A stretch of 64,000 nucleotides of DNA from a virus. Taxonomy: Duplodnaviria > Caudoviricetes. A program made the position numbers and the translations under genes. The notes beneath the pieces were generated by a model. The model searched no databases. It had not been told where the DNA came from and was given only the letters and a program-made list of their open reading frames with translations. The stretch spans positions 64,001 through 128,000 of the IMG/VR virus record IMGVR_UViG_3300029288_000066. One strand, given 5' to 3'. This document shows positions 1 to 9,584 of this stretch, in pieces (position 1 is the first letter of the stretch; each line of letters opens with the position of its first letter).

Positions 1-672
1 TTTTTTCAGTATATTCTTGCTTTGAAATACGTTTTCTACTCCATATTTTTCCATACAGGTTTTTTTCTTTTTATTCTTTACACTTTCATTTTGACTAGGA
101 TTTTCAACACCAAAGTTTTTTAAACATGTTATTTTCTTCTTGTTTTTCACGTCCTCACTTTTATTTGGAGAATTAACCCCATATTTTTTTAAACTTGTTT
201 TTTTTGATTTTTTTGCCACTTTTTTATTCTGCATTGGATTCTCTGCTCCATATTTTTCCATACAAGTTTTTTTCTTTTTAATCTTTACATCTTCGTTTTG
301 ATTTGGGTTCTCAACGCCAAAGTTTTTCAGACATGTTTCCTTTACTTTGTTTTTTATTATTTCACTTTGACTTATATTGTTAACTCCATATAACCTTAAA
401 TAAGTTTGTTCTTTTTTCCCCATAGAACATTTAGAGCTACAGCAATACCACCCCTGATTCTCAAAATTTATAGCATATACATAATAACGAAGACTTTTTT
501 CTTTTCCGCAAATATCACATTTTGCACGAATAATCGCACTACTTTTTCTCTTTAAATGTTTCACGGGTACCAACATTTTTTTCCCAACAAACAAATTTTC
601 GTATCCCAAATTTTTAAAATGCTTAAAATTAGAAGTGGCGACAATTATTTCAACCTCTTTAGTTAGTATCAT
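1..672 (-). CDS. Partial putative homing/mobile endonuclease (KYGV-repeat family), runs off the window start
   Basis: Not in the ORF track. ATG at 672 reads MILTKEVEIIVATSNFKHFKNLGY..CDICG..KTCLKNFGVENPNQ; clear paralog of 7558-8640 and 62423-63505. Confidence 0.8.
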   Translation of the reverse strand, partial: MILTKEVEIIVATSNFKHFKNLGYENLFVGKKMLVPVKHLKRKSSAIIRAKCDICGKEKSLRYYVYAINFENQGWYCCSSKCSMGKKEQTYLRLYGVNNISQSEIIKNKVKETCLKNFGVENPNQNEDVKIKKKKTCMEKYGAENPMQNKKVAKKSKKTSLKKYGVNSPNKSEDVKNKKKITCLKNFGVENPSQNESVKNKKKKTCMEKYGVENVFQSKNILKK

Positions 673-839
673 AGAGATTCCTCCTTACTAAAAACATCAA
701 GATGCTCTTTTAATAACCAATTAAAAAATTTGGATTTATTCTTCACGCCTAAATTTTCCAATCTCTTATATAGTTCTATTTCTATATTAAGAGTCAGATT
801 CTTCTTTTTCTTTTCTGATTCAATTTTCTTGCGTCCCAT
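669..839 (-). CDS. Small ribbon-helix-helix (RHH)-like DNA-binding protein, 56 aa
   Basis: MGRKKIESEKKKKNLTLNIEIELYKRLENLGVKNKSKFFNWLLKEHL...; ATGA overlap with the nuclease start; TATTTATA upstream. Confidence 0.75.
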   Translation of the reverse strand: MGRKKIESEKKKKNLTLNIEIELYKRLENLGVKNKSKFFNWLLKEHLDVFSKEESL

Positions 840-906
840 ATCTATAAGTTTTTAATGTTTCTTATAAATATGCAGAAAAAAAGTAAAAACAAGGATTTTC
901 TCGTGT

Positions 907-1044
907 TTATTTTTCTTTTTTTTCTAAATATTTTTTAAGTAATTGATTTACAAGCTTATTGCTATTAAACCCTCCTTCATTTAATTTTTTATAAATTTCT
1001 GGGTCAATTACTATGGTGAGTTTTTTAGTTTCTTTTTTTGCCAT
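907..1044 (-). CDS. Small RHH-like protein, 45 aa
   Basis: MAKKETKKLTIVIDPEIYKKLNEGGFNSNKLVNQLLKKYLEKKEK; paralog of 46493-46633. Confidence 0.7.
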   Translation of the reverse strand: MAKKETKKLTIVIDPEIYKKLNEGGFNSNKLVNQLLKKYLEKKEK

Positions 1045-1137
1045 GATTTATAATTTTTATATAAATATAATACAATTTTTCTTTAATTTTCAAGTAGGAT
1101 TTTTCTTTTTTTATACGAAAATAATGCAGGGAAAAGT

Positions 1138-1449
1138 TTAAACAGAAGGAATAGTCACACTCACATTTACTGTAAACCAGACAGTACTTTTTGCCAATTT
1201 TATTAAAGTATCTGCATCTCTGTACATAGTGTCATATATATCACAACGATATTCTTTACCTGTCTTTAAATCTTTTAATATAGCATTAATTCTGTCATCA
1301 CACAAAGTTAACGTGTGCGCTTTAAATTTTATATCACTTCTTAATTTATAAAAACAATCCAGCGCTATTCTACGACTCCTTTCTGGAGATAGGGGTCTCT
1401 TCATTCGAATTACTCGGCCATACTTATCATCTATTGTAATTGTTTTCAT
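1138..1449 (-). CDS. Hypothetical protein (tandem paralog of 1459-1692)
   Basis: Shares LDxFYxLRSDIKF..LTLCDD..LKDLKTGKEY with its neighbour. Confidence 0.7.
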   Translation of the reverse strand: MKTITIDDKYGRVIRMKRPLSPERSRRIALDCFYKLRSDIKFKAHTLTLCDDRINAILKDLKTGKEYRCDIYDTMYRDADTLIKLAKSTVWFTVNVSVTIPSV

Positions 1450-1458
1450 TGTTTAAAG

Positions 1459-1692
1459 TTAAAAATCAAAAAAACTACCATCAAATTTACATGTCGTCCT
1501 TTTTATAAAATCTTCTGCACTTGTAAATGGGGTGTTGTATATACTTGATTGATATTCTTTCCCAGTTTTTAAATCCTTTAAAACAATATTAACTTTGTCA
1601 TCACACAATGTCAATTGATAATGCGTAAACTTGATGTCGCTTCTTAAATTATAAAAAGAATCAAGATAATTTATTTTATTTCTCTTTTTCAT
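1459..1692 (-). CDS. Hypothetical protein (tandem paralog of 1138-1449)
   Basis: Same shared motif; in the operon downstream of recD. Confidence 0.7.
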   Translation of the reverse strand: MKKRNKINYLDSFYNLRSDIKFTHYQLTLCDDKVNIVLKDLKTGKEYQSSIYNTPFTSAEDFIKRTTCKFDGSFFDF

Positions 1693-1918
1693 TTACACTG
1701 TCTATTCCTTCTTTAACCGTTAGCCTAACAAGAGCTTCCCAATTCCAAATCCAATCATAATTTACATTTCCAGCAACTCCAATATAATACCATCCATCCC
1801 TTACAGTCCTTTCCATTTGATATCCTTTAAACTTTAATTCAGTTTTTAAATTCATTAATTGGAGCGCTGTTCTACTACAATTATGACTATAATAATAATA
1901 TTTCTTTTTACGCATCAT
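1676..1918 (-). CDS. Hypothetical protein
   Basis: Overlaps both neighbours in an operon-like arrangement. Confidence 0.6.
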   Translation of the reverse strand: MMRKKKYYYYSHNCSRTALQLMNLKTELKFKGYQMERTVRDGWYYIGVAGNVNYDWIWNWEALVRLTVKEGIDSVNEKEK

Positions 1919-4157
1919 ATTGTTTCATTTGCAACAATTCAATCAATGATGTTTGTCTCTTCGTTTGTCTTATGTTCTTTACAGCCCTGGAGAGCGAGCC
2001 TCTCTGCCCAACAAAAACACAAAGTTTTTTCGCTCTTGTAAGTCCAGTGTAAATCAGATTGCGATATAGCATATTGTAATGCTGATTCATTAGCGGAATT
2101 ATGATGGCATCAAATTCGCTTCCTTGACTTTTGTGAATTGTTATGCAATATGCAAGTTTTAACTCAAGCAATTGGTCTCTTTTGTATAAGACACTTCTGT
2201 TTTCAGTTCCAAATTCAATTAAACATTCCTTTTCTGGAGGATTGACCATAGTAATTTTTCCGATATCCCCATTGAAAACACCCAAATCATAATTGTTGAC
2301 GATTTGAATAACCCTATCTCCTTGTCTTAAAATCCTATTTTTAAGCTTAATTTCGAACTTTCCTGGTGCGGGTGGATTAACGGCATCTTGTAAAATTTCG
2401 TTGATTTTAATCGCTCCTACGTCCCCCACATTCATCGGGCATAAAATTTGTACTTCTATATCTTTCCCGTAATATTTATTTACGGTTTCCATATAAAGCT
2501 TTTTAATCATTCCAATGGCATCAATTCCATAATACAAAGTTGACCAATCTGGATAATCAGTATAATCTTTATAAGGGTCTCCAAGTTCGGAGTCCACAAA
2601 GAGACAATCCGTTTTTTGGTTCCACAAATCTGGGTCAATTAGCGGGCTATAAATTTCTGGTTCTATTCCGCTGTTAATGCCATGAGCAAATCTAATAATA
2701 TCTGAACCTTCTCCTTGTCTAAATATTTTATTTAAAACATAAGTTTTTACAAATCCGCTATTAATTAAATCTTTAAAAAACGCCCCTGGTCCTACTGGTG
2801 GCAGCTGGTCAACATCACCAATAAAAAGAATTTGACAATCTTGGGGAATAGCTCTCAATAGAGATGCTGCCAAATGTATATCCACCATGGATGTTTCGTC
2901 GACAATTATAAATTCACTATTAAGTTGAGTTTTTTCATTATGCTTAAAGCATCCTCTCACGTGGTCCCATCCCAATAGTCTGTGGATAGTCTGTGCTTGA
3001 ACGCCTATGACTTCTGTCATTCTTTGTGCTGCTCGGCCTGTTGGTGCTGCGAGTAAATAAGTAAAATTTAATACATCTAAAAGATTAATTAAATATTTGA
3101 GCTCAGTTGTCTTTCCACACCCAGGACCACCTGTAAGAACAGAGACTCCGTTGGAAACTATTTCTTTGATACTTATTAATTGCTCTTCACTTAACTGCAC
3201 TTCCTCTTCCTTTAGAGACTCTTCCCATTTGCTTATTAAAGATTCATCGGCTGGCCTTCCTGCAGTTTTCAATATATCAATCTTCTGTGCACAAAATCTT
3301 TCATCGTAAAACACCTGAACAGAATAATACCGTTTCTCTTCGGATATTGTTGATAGTTTTATTGTGTTGTCATCAACCAACTCGTCTAAAATAGCGTCAA
3401 TTTTTTCTTGAATTCTTACTTCGAGAATTTCTGTGGATTTCTTTAATATCTGATGATGCAGCAAATAGCAATGTCCATCATTTTCACCCTCAGTTAATAT
3501 ATAAATAATTCCAGCGGCAATTCTTTCTTTGCAATCTCTGGCAAACCCCATATCAAGAGCAATGTTATCCGCATATTTGAATCCTATTCCCCGAATGTCA
3601 TTTGCCATTCTATAAGGATTCTGACGAATTTGATTAATACAATCTCTTCCGTATGTTTCATATATTTTTGTTGCAAATAAAGTGCTTATGTTATAGCTCT
3701 GAAGAAAAACCATTATCTCATTAATCTCAGAATTTTGTATCCAGGAATTTTTTATTGTCTCCAACTTCTTCCTGGAAACGCCTGGCACCTCAACCAACTT
3801 ATCAATTTCGTTTTTTAAAACATTAAGCGTGTTTTCTCCAAAGTGCTGGACTATTTTTTTTGCTATTATTGGTCCTATTCCTTTAAAGAAAGTTGAGGAA
3901 AGATATTTTACCATTGCCTCTCTGGTTTCTGGTGCAATCTCAATAGCCTTGTCCGCTTTAAATTGATTTCCGTATCTTGGATTTGAAACCCACTGCCCAT
4001 GGAACTCCATGGTTAATCCTTCGTGGATTTTTAGCTGGTTCGTTGTTACTGTACACTCTTTTCCTTTGTCCTTAAGCAAAACACTCAGCACATGGTAGCC
4101 ATTTTCTTGATTAGAGTATATAATACGCTCTACACTTCCAATTATCTTTTCATCCAT
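1908..4157 (-). CDS. recD2: RecD2-type SF1B ATP-dependent DNA helicase
   Basis: N-terminal OB/HhH region, Walker A GGPGCGKTT, DETSM, GDVDQLPPVGPG, YCITIHKSQGSEF, YTGLTRAK. Confidence 0.95.
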   Translation of the reverse strand: MDEKIIGSVERIIYSNQENGYHVLSVLLKDKGKECTVTTNQLKIHEGLTMEFHGQWVSNPRYGNQFKADKAIEIAPETREAMVKYLSSTFFKGIGPIIAKKIVQHFGENTLNVLKNEIDKLVEVPGVSRKKLETIKNSWIQNSEINEIMVFLQSYNISTLFATKIYETYGRDCINQIRQNPYRMANDIRGIGFKYADNIALDMGFARDCKERIAAGIIYILTEGENDGHCYLLHHQILKKSTEILEVRIQEKIDAILDELVDDNTIKLSTISEEKRYYSVQVFYDERFCAQKIDILKTAGRPADESLISKWEESLKEEEVQLSEEQLISIKEIVSNGVSVLTGGPGCGKTTELKYLINLLDVLNFTYLLAAPTGRAAQRMTEVIGVQAQTIHRLLGWDHVRGCFKHNEKTQLNSEFIIVDETSMVDIHLAASLLRAIPQDCQILFIGDVDQLPPVGPGAFFKDLINSGFVKTYVLNKIFRQGEGSDIIRFAHGINSGIEPEIYSPLIDPDLWNQKTDCLFVDSELGDPYKDYTDYPDWSTLYYGIDAIGMIKKLYMETVNKYYGKDIEVQILCPMNVGDVGAIKINEILQDAVNPPAPGKFEIKLKNRILRQGDRVIQIVNNYDLGVFNGDIGKITMVNPPEKECLIEFGTENRSVLYKRDQLLELKLAYCITIHKSQGSEFDAIIIPLMNQHYNMLYRNLIYTGLTRAKKLCVFVGQRGSLSRAVKNIRQTKRQTSLIELLQMKQYDA

Positions 4158-4173
4158 TCTTAAATCATTTATG

Positions 4174-4181
4174 CAAATATA
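4174..4181 (-). promoter_or_regulatory. Bacteroidota sigmaA-type -7 element (TAnnTTTG) upstream of recD2
   Basis: Minus strand reads TATATTTG 17 nt before the ATG. Same motif at 6049, 37763, 41971 and 54184; TTTG lies 18-20 nt upstream at 6049, 37763 and 41971. Confidence 0.6.
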
Positions 4182-4253
4182 CTAATTTTTTTTAAAAAAT
4201 TAACCATTTTGTTTTTTTTTTGTTATATTTATATAAACGAAGAGAATTTTTTT

Positions 4254-4880
4254 ATGAAAACAGCGGAACAAAGAAAAGAGTATAGAAAGAATTATTATAA
4301 TTTTAACAAGGAAAAAATGTTAAAAAGTCAAAAAGAATATTATAATAAAAATAGTGAAAAGTTAAAAAAATCATCAAAAGAATACAGAGACAACAACAAA
4401 GAAAAAGTGTTAAAAAACAAAAAAGAATATTGTGCTTCTAATTCTGAAAAAATAAAAAAAAACAAACGAAGATATTATATTAAGAATAAAAAAGAAATTA
4501 TAGAAAAAAATAGAATTCGTGCCATAAAAAAAAGAAAAGAAGACCCATTGTATAAATTAAAGGGAAATGTAAAATGTTTGATTTATCAAAGTTTTAAAAG
4601 AAACAAATACATTAAAAAAAACAGAACAGAACAAATTTTGGGATGTTCCATAGGACAATTTAGGATGTATTTAGAAAGCAAATTTGAATCATGGATGACG
4701 TGGGAAAATTATGGATTATATAATGGACAATTAAACTTTGGATGGGATATTGACCATATAACCCCACTCTCAAAAGCAAAAACTGAAGATGATGTTATAG
4801 AACTTAATCACTATACGAATCTACAACCACTTTGTAGTAAAATTAACAGAAATGTTAAAAAAGACAATTGTATTTTTTAA
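4254..4880 (+). CDS. HNH homing-endonuclease-like protein
   Basis: Lys/Glu helical N-terminus, ILGCS..FESWMTWENYG..WDIDHITPLS..NHYTNLQPL; opposite strand to its neighbours. Confidence 0.8.
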   Translation: MKTAEQRKEYRKNYYNFNKEKMLKSQKEYYNKNSEKLKKSSKEYRDNNKEKVLKNKKEYCASNSEKIKKNKRRYYIKNKKEIIEKNRIRAIKKRKEDPLYKLKGNVKCLIYQSFKRNKYIKKNRTEQILGCSIGQFRMYLESKFESWMTWENYGLYNGQLNFGWDIDHITPLSKAKTEDDVIELNHYTNLQPLCSKINRNVKKDNCIF

Positions 4881-4890
4881 AGAACTCTTT

Positions 4891-5412
4891 TTACAATTTT
4901 GTTTTATTAACATAAGCATCTCCTGCACACCCCGCTCTACCGCAGTATTCACATTTATGTCTTATGTGTGCCCAGCAGCTTTTGTGTGCCCAGCAGCTTT
5001 TGTGTGTGCAAGGTACTCCTGCAGGATAAAACTCATAATCTACAATTTTTAAATCCATCCATTTTGTCGCCCTTATCCAGGTTATCGCCTCTTCTATAGT
5101 TTTGCAACAAAAGACAGCACCTTTGGTTTGCATTCCCCATTGGTATTTATTTTCTTTCTCGTTAATAAGAATATAAGGCTTCTTTAATGCATGAGCCATA
5201 CCCATTTCAAATGTTGAACCGAATCCAGAAGGGTTGTCTTTTGTAATACATGCAATCATTGCGTCACTTTCTGCAACCTTTTGCACTTCCATTTCAAACC
5301 AATCTAGGTTGTTGTGAAAGTCTCTGGGGTCATGCCAGACACAATTATCAATCAGTCGTCTGACCGTATCCCTCCACTCACTCCAACCTCCAGCTAAATA
5401 GATTTTCTTCAT
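4891..5412 (-). CDS. Nucleoside 2-deoxyribosyltransferase-like protein with C-terminal Cys/His tail
   Basis: KIYLAG, SDAMIA, GSTFEMGMAHALKKP motifs; 18-bp tandem duplication (HKSCWA x2) at 4965-5000. Confidence 0.7.
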   Translation of the reverse strand: MKKIYLAGGWSEWRDTVRRLIDNCVWHDPRDFHNNLDWFEMEVQKVAESDAMIACITKDNPSGFGSTFEMGMAHALKKPYILINEKENKYQWGMQTKGAVFCCKTIEEAITWIRATKWMDLKIVDYEFYPAGVPCTHKSCWAHKSCWAHIRHKCEYCGRAGCAGDAYVNKTKL

Positions 5413-5780
5413 ATTTTCTTTTGTTTCCTCAATTTTTCTTCAATTCTTTCTCTTACAATATTAGCATCATCTTTCGTTGGATGGTAATCGTTCATTAATT
5501 CTTTTGGAATGTTTTCCCACGCAGAGCCATAATATTGAACGTTGAAATTTCTTGTCTTACATTCTTTGTATAATTCATCGTACCTTTTCTTAAGATAACC
5601 TAATTTGTCATAAAAGAATTTAACGTGTCCCTTACCCAAAACAAACTCACATGGTTGGTCTTTTAATGAATATCTTCCTTTTAAAACACAATTTGGGACC
5701 CTTTTGATTTCCCTATGTTCTGCAATGAGATGTTTGTGCGATAATTCAGAAGGGAGTATTCCACAATTAATTCTTGTCAT
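5409..5780 (-). CDS. denV: Pyrimidine-dimer DNA glycosylase / endonuclease V
   Basis: MTRIN..LSHKHLIAEHREIKR..LGKGHVKFFYDKLGYL matches the T4 DenV signature. Confidence 0.92.
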   Translation of the reverse strand: MTRINCGILPSELSHKHLIAEHREIKRVPNCVLKGRYSLKDQPCEFVLGKGHVKFFYDKLGYLKKRYDELYKECKTRNFNVQYYGSAWENIPKELMNDYHPTKDDANIVRERIEEKLRKQKKI

Positions 5781-6028
5781 TATTCCTCTGTTGTATAAAC
5801 CATCCATCTATCATTATCCCAATCCCAGTGCCTGTTATCATAAGTGTCAAAAATGAAATATAGTCCGAATATTTCTATTTCAAAGCGAAACCCTGCATGG
5901 TCTGTGTGTCTGCTCCAGCTTGTAGAGATATTAAAATAACTCCAATTCTGCCAAATGCCAGACTGTAATTCTAATGATTTATTTTTGGAGAGTTTTTTGG
6001 TTGGGTTAAAAAAAAGTCTTTCTTTCAT
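5780..6028 (-). CDS. Hypothetical protein
   Basis: ORF preceded by a TAnnTTTG promoter. Confidence 0.6.
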   Translation of the reverse strand: MKERLFFNPTKKLSKNKSLELQSGIWQNWSYFNISTSWSRHTDHAGFRFEIEIFGLYFIFDTYDNRHWDWDNDRWMVYTTEE

Positions 6029-6084
6029 ATCTGTTTTCTTTTAAAAAACAAATATAAAGAAAAAAGAGTAAATAACCAAATTAT

Positions 6085-6231
6085 TTACTCCTCTTCTACA
6101 GATTCTAATTCTTTTACTTTAAGAATGCCTGACAATTCAAGATTTGCTACATAAACATTAACTAACTCCTTAACCTTTTCGAAGTCTTTTTTAGATTCGA
6201 CTTCAACCTGTAGTCTGATTTCTTTTTCCAT
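6085..6231 (-). CDS. Small hypothetical protein, 48 aa
   Basis: MEKEIRLQVEVESKKDFEKVKELVNVYVANLELSG...; below the ORF-track cut-off. Confidence 0.5.
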   Translation of the reverse strand: MEKEIRLQVEVESKKDFEKVKELVNVYVANLELSGILKVKELESVEEE

Positions 6232-6271
6232 TTTTTATTCTATAAGTATTAAAAAAAAAATGAAAATTTGA

Positions 6272-6481
6272 TTACATGCCTAATATATTTTTCTTTGCCC
6301 ATTCTACTGAAATAGTTATCTTTTCATGTAGATGTTTTTCCAAATCTTCAACCTTCTTTTTTAACTCTTCTAATTTTTTTTCTTCTATTCCCGTAAGAAG
6401 AAATTTGAGGAATTCATCCTTTTCTTTTTCATCTAACTCTAAATAAAGAGATTTGATGTTTTCTAGTTTAGATTCTGGCAT
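6272..6481 (-). CDS. Hypothetical coiled-coil protein
   Basis: ORF directly downstream of the nucleotidase. Confidence 0.6.
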   Translation of the reverse strand: MPESKLENIKSLYLELDEKEKDEFLKFLLTGIEEKKLEELKKKVEDLEKHLHEKITISVEWAKKNILGM

Positions 6482-6485
6482 AATT

Positions 6486-7043
6486 TTATTCTCCTATTTT
6501 TATGATTTTAATAATATCAGTAATTTTTTCTATTCTGTTTTTTATCGTAATTTCTTGGTTCCAGTCCCTGTTCATTAAAAAAAAGTTCTCTCCTGGGTTA
6601 CCATTAGAAATCCAATTGTCGTAATTGTGTGGGGCATCATCAATTAAATAATCCAATCCCAAACTTCCCTTGTCTTTCGTAATAAAAAGCTCATCAAACA
6701 CTAAATTGTATTTTCCGAGCCAAAGATATGTCATTGCAACCAAGTGTGGCTCCTGTGTCGTCGCACACACTAATTTCATACCATTTCGGTTAGTCCAATC
6801 CTTTAAAATTTTAAACTGAGCTACCGTTCCAGGATAAGGCTTGGTTTTAAAAAAAATGTCTTCTGGGTATTCGTTAAAGATAATGTGAAACTTATCCTTT
6901 AAAGGCATTTTGATGTGGGGGAAATCGTAATTATATGCGATGTCACTAACGATATGTTCAGGATAGTGAGTCTTAAATACCTTATTAACTCCTGACATTA
7001 AATCTCTAAGCACACCGTCTACGTCCAAACCAATTTTCTGCAT
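6486..7043 (-). CDS. 5'(3')-deoxyribonucleotidase (NT5C, HAD family)
   Basis: IGLDVDGVL and DYLIDDAPHN HAD motifs. Confidence 0.85.
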   Translation of the reverse strand: MQKIGLDVDGVLRDLMSGVNKVFKTHYPEHIVSDIAYNYDFPHIKMPLKDKFHIIFNEYPEDIFFKTKPYPGTVAQFKILKDWTNRNGMKLVCATTQEPHLVAMTYLWLGKYNLVFDELFITKDKGSLGLDYLIDDAPHNYDNWISNGNPGENFFLMNRDWNQEITIKNRIEKITDIIKIIKIGE

Positions 7044-7151
7044 TTTATAAGTAATTTTGAGTTTATACGTAAAATTGTAGTTTTTGTTTCATTATACTAC
7101 AAATATTTTGATTTATTAAACTTATTTTCTATATTTATTAAAAAACAGAAT

Positions 7152-7292
7152 ATGAAAAGCAATAAAGAATATAAGGCAATTTCTTTAAGTATAGACAAAG
7201 ATTTAAGAGATAAAATGGATGAAGCGCACATTAATAAAAGCCGCCTCATAAATGATTTAATCAAGAAACAGATTAAAAAGAAAAAAAAATAA
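7152..7292 (+). CDS. Small RHH-like protein, 46 aa
   Basis: MKSNKEYKAISLSIDKDLRDKMDEAHINKSRLINDLIKKQIKKKKK; not in the ORF track. Confidence 0.7.
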   Translation: MKSNKEYKAISLSIDKDLRDKMDEAHINKSRLINDLIKKQIKKKKK

Positions 7293-7400
7293 ATAAAATT
7301 ATTCTTCCTCATTTACAACAAATTATAAAATATTTTTATTTTTATTAACACTATTATAGTGTTTTTACTTTTTTGTACTATTTATAATAAAATTAAAGTT

Positions 7401-7553
7401 ATGGGAAGAAATAAAAAAGAAAACAAGAAGGTTAAAGTGTCAATCACTTTAGAAAAAGAATGCATTGAATTCATAGAAGAAAAAAGCATTAAAAGTAAAT
7501 CTGATTTTGTTAATTGGCTTATTCGTGAACATTTTAATAACTTAAACAAATAA
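7401..7553 (+). CDS. Small RHH-like protein, 50 aa
   Basis: MGRNKKENKKVKVSITLEKECIEFIEEKSIKSKSDFVNWLIREHF; TATTTATA at 7379. Confidence 0.75.
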   Translation: MGRNKKENKKVKVSITLEKECIEFIEEKSIKSKSDFVNWLIREHFNNLNK

Positions 7554-7557
7554 TATC

Positions 7558-8640
7558 ATGATATTAAGCACTGAAGTTGAGGTCACCATTAATACCAGCA
7601 ATTTTAAACATTACAAAGAGGCTGGGTATAAAAACATAAGGGTTAAACAAAAAATAGTTGTTCCAATAAATAAAGTTTACCACAATGGATATAATCTAAT
7701 TGAGGTTAAGTGCGATGTTTGCGGGCACATTAAAACCATAAAAATAAATAGATATTTTATTAATTTAGGCAAATGGAATATCTATGCCTGCTCTCCCAAA
7801 TGTGGTACAATCAAAACCAAAATGACTAGCATGGAAATTTATGGAGAAACATCTGCTCAAAAAAACAAAATTGTCAAAGAAAAAAAAGAAAGAACTAACA
7901 TCGAAAGATATGGTGGGACTTCTCCGAGTTGTTCAGATGTGGTTAAAAAGAAGATAAAGTGTACAAACTTAAAAAGATATGGCGTAGATAATGTCATGAA
8001 AAACAATGAATTTAAAAATAAGCAGAACAATTCTTTAATGGTAAATTATGGAGTAAAAACCCCCATACAAAATGCACATATAAGAAAAAAAATAGAAAGG
8101 ACGAACATAGAAAGATACGGTTCAAAGTCTCCTTTAGAATCAAGTGAAATAAAAGAGAAAATAAAAAAACACAATCTTAATGTTCATGGGGTTGACTATC
8201 CGTTTCAATCAAAATCCTTTAGGGACAACGCAGAAGAAGAAACCTTGTTAAGATATGGAACAAAATATGTAGCACAAATAGAAAGATTCTTTCTAAAACA
8301 ACAAAAAAATTCGTTTAATTTAAAACTACATAAGAAAACAAGACTTTTTTATAGAGGAACGTATGAAAAAGATTTTTTAGATTTTTGTTATAATAATAAA
8401 ATATATATAACAAAGGGAAAGGTTATCAAATACCATTTTCAAAATAAAACAAAAACATATTTTTCTGATTTTTACATGGAAAATATAAATTTGATAATAG
8501 AAATAAAATCAAATTATACATACAAAAGAGATTTGAAGAAAAATCTATCCAAACAAAAAGCGTGTATTAAACAAAATTATAAGTTTATTTTTATAATTGA
8601 TAAAAATTACAAAGATTTTTTAGATGCTATTAAACTATAA
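7558..8640 (+). CDS. Putative homing endonuclease: Zn ribbon, T(N/C)xERYG repeats, C-terminal PD-(D/E)xK domain
   Basis: CDVCG..CSPKC, repeated TNIERYG, YRGTYEKDF..YFSDFY..IIEIKS. Confidence 0.8.
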   Translation: MILSTEVEVTINTSNFKHYKEAGYKNIRVKQKIVVPINKVYHNGYNLIEVKCDVCGHIKTIKINRYFINLGKWNIYACSPKCGTIKTKMTSMEIYGETSAQKNKIVKEKKERTNIERYGGTSPSCSDVVKKKIKCTNLKRYGVDNVMKNNEFKNKQNNSLMVNYGVKTPIQNAHIRKKIERTNIERYGSKSPLESSEIKEKIKKHNLNVHGVDYPFQSKSFRDNAEEETLLRYGTKYVAQIERFFLKQQKNSFNLKLHKKTRLFYRGTYEKDFLDFCYNNKIYITKGKVIKYHFQNKTKTYFSDFYMENINLIIEIKSNYTYKRDLKKNLSKQKACIKQNYKFIFIIDKNYKDFLDAIKL

Positions 8641-8641
8641 A

Positions 8642-9583
8642 TTATTTTTCTTTTAGCTTAGTCATCAAATCTTCTATGTGGTAAACGTACTCACTAAATT
8701 TTTTCTCTCTTTTTGTCAAACTATTTCTTTCTAATGGCAAGTCTATTTTTATATTTTCAATAACTCGCCCTGGCCTTGAATCCATCACATATACTTTATC
8801 AGCCAAATAAACTGCTTCCTGTAGATTGTGTGTTACCATAACAAAGGTGGCATCTACTTTTTTACATAGTTCCACCCATACTTTACAAAGCAAATCATCT
8901 ATTTCAATTCCAGTCCTTACATCAAGCCCGCTTGAAATTTCATCCAATAACATAATTTTATCTCCAGAAACCAAGTTCCTTGCTATAGACACCCTTTGTA
9001 GTTGGCCGCCACTTAAAATTGGGTATTGAGCGTATTTATCCTCATGCCCTTCTAATCCAACTAATTTAATCATTTCCATGGCACGTTCTATTCTCTCTGC
9101 TTTAGAAATACCTTTTAATTCTAGCGGAATACATACGTTTCTTAGAACCGTTAACCACGGCAAAGAAGAATATTGTTGAAATACCATTCCAACTCTGTCT
9201 TTACTTGTTTGAAGCTTACCATCAATAAGAACTTCCCCAGATGTTGGTGATTGCAGTCCAGCAAAATATCTTAATATTGTTGATTTTCCGCAGCCGCTTG
9301 CCCCAACTATTACAACAAATTGCCCAGCCCCAACAACATCTTTTATTTTAAAATTCAAACCGTCAAAAACAATTTCTTTTTTTCCACTTTTGTCTGTATA
9401 AGTTTGGGAAACATTTCTAAGTTCTAAAATATCAGTTGCCCCATAATTTCCAACATCATTGAATATGTCTTTTTTTGACACAATTCTATCTTCCAAATCA
9501 GTATGTTTTTTTTCTGAATCATCCTTTACGATACCAGCAAAAACCCCTTCTTTTTTTTCTTCTTTATTAAAATAATCAGACAT
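8642..9583 (-). CDS. ABC transporter ATP-binding subunit (TauB/SsuB/nitrate type)
   Basis: GASGCGKST, LSGGQLQR, MLLDE and VTH motifs. Confidence 0.92.
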   Translation of the reverse strand: MSDYFNKEEKKEGVFAGIVKDDSEKKHTDLEDRIVSKKDIFNDVGNYGATDILELRNVSQTYTDKSGKKEIVFDGLNFKIKDVVGAGQFVVIVGASGCGKSTILRYFAGLQSPTSGEVLIDGKLQTSKDRVGMVFQQYSSLPWLTVLRNVCIPLELKGISKAERIERAMEMIKLVGLEGHEDKYAQYPILSGGQLQRVSIARNLVSGDKIMLLDEISSGLDVRTGIEIDDLLCKVWVELCKKVDATFVMVTHNLQEAVYLADKVYVMDSRPGRVIENIKIDLPLERNSLTKREKKFSEYVYHIEDLMTKLKEK

Positions 9584-9584
9584 A

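Noticed and set aside
863-870. T4 late promoter TATAAATA
   Set aside because: Relative to the downstream genes the motif consistently reads TATTTATA, the reverse complement, so it is not the T4 element.
4965-5006. 18-bp tandem repeat
   Set aside because: In-frame slippage duplication (or assembly artefact) in a protein tail; no wider system.
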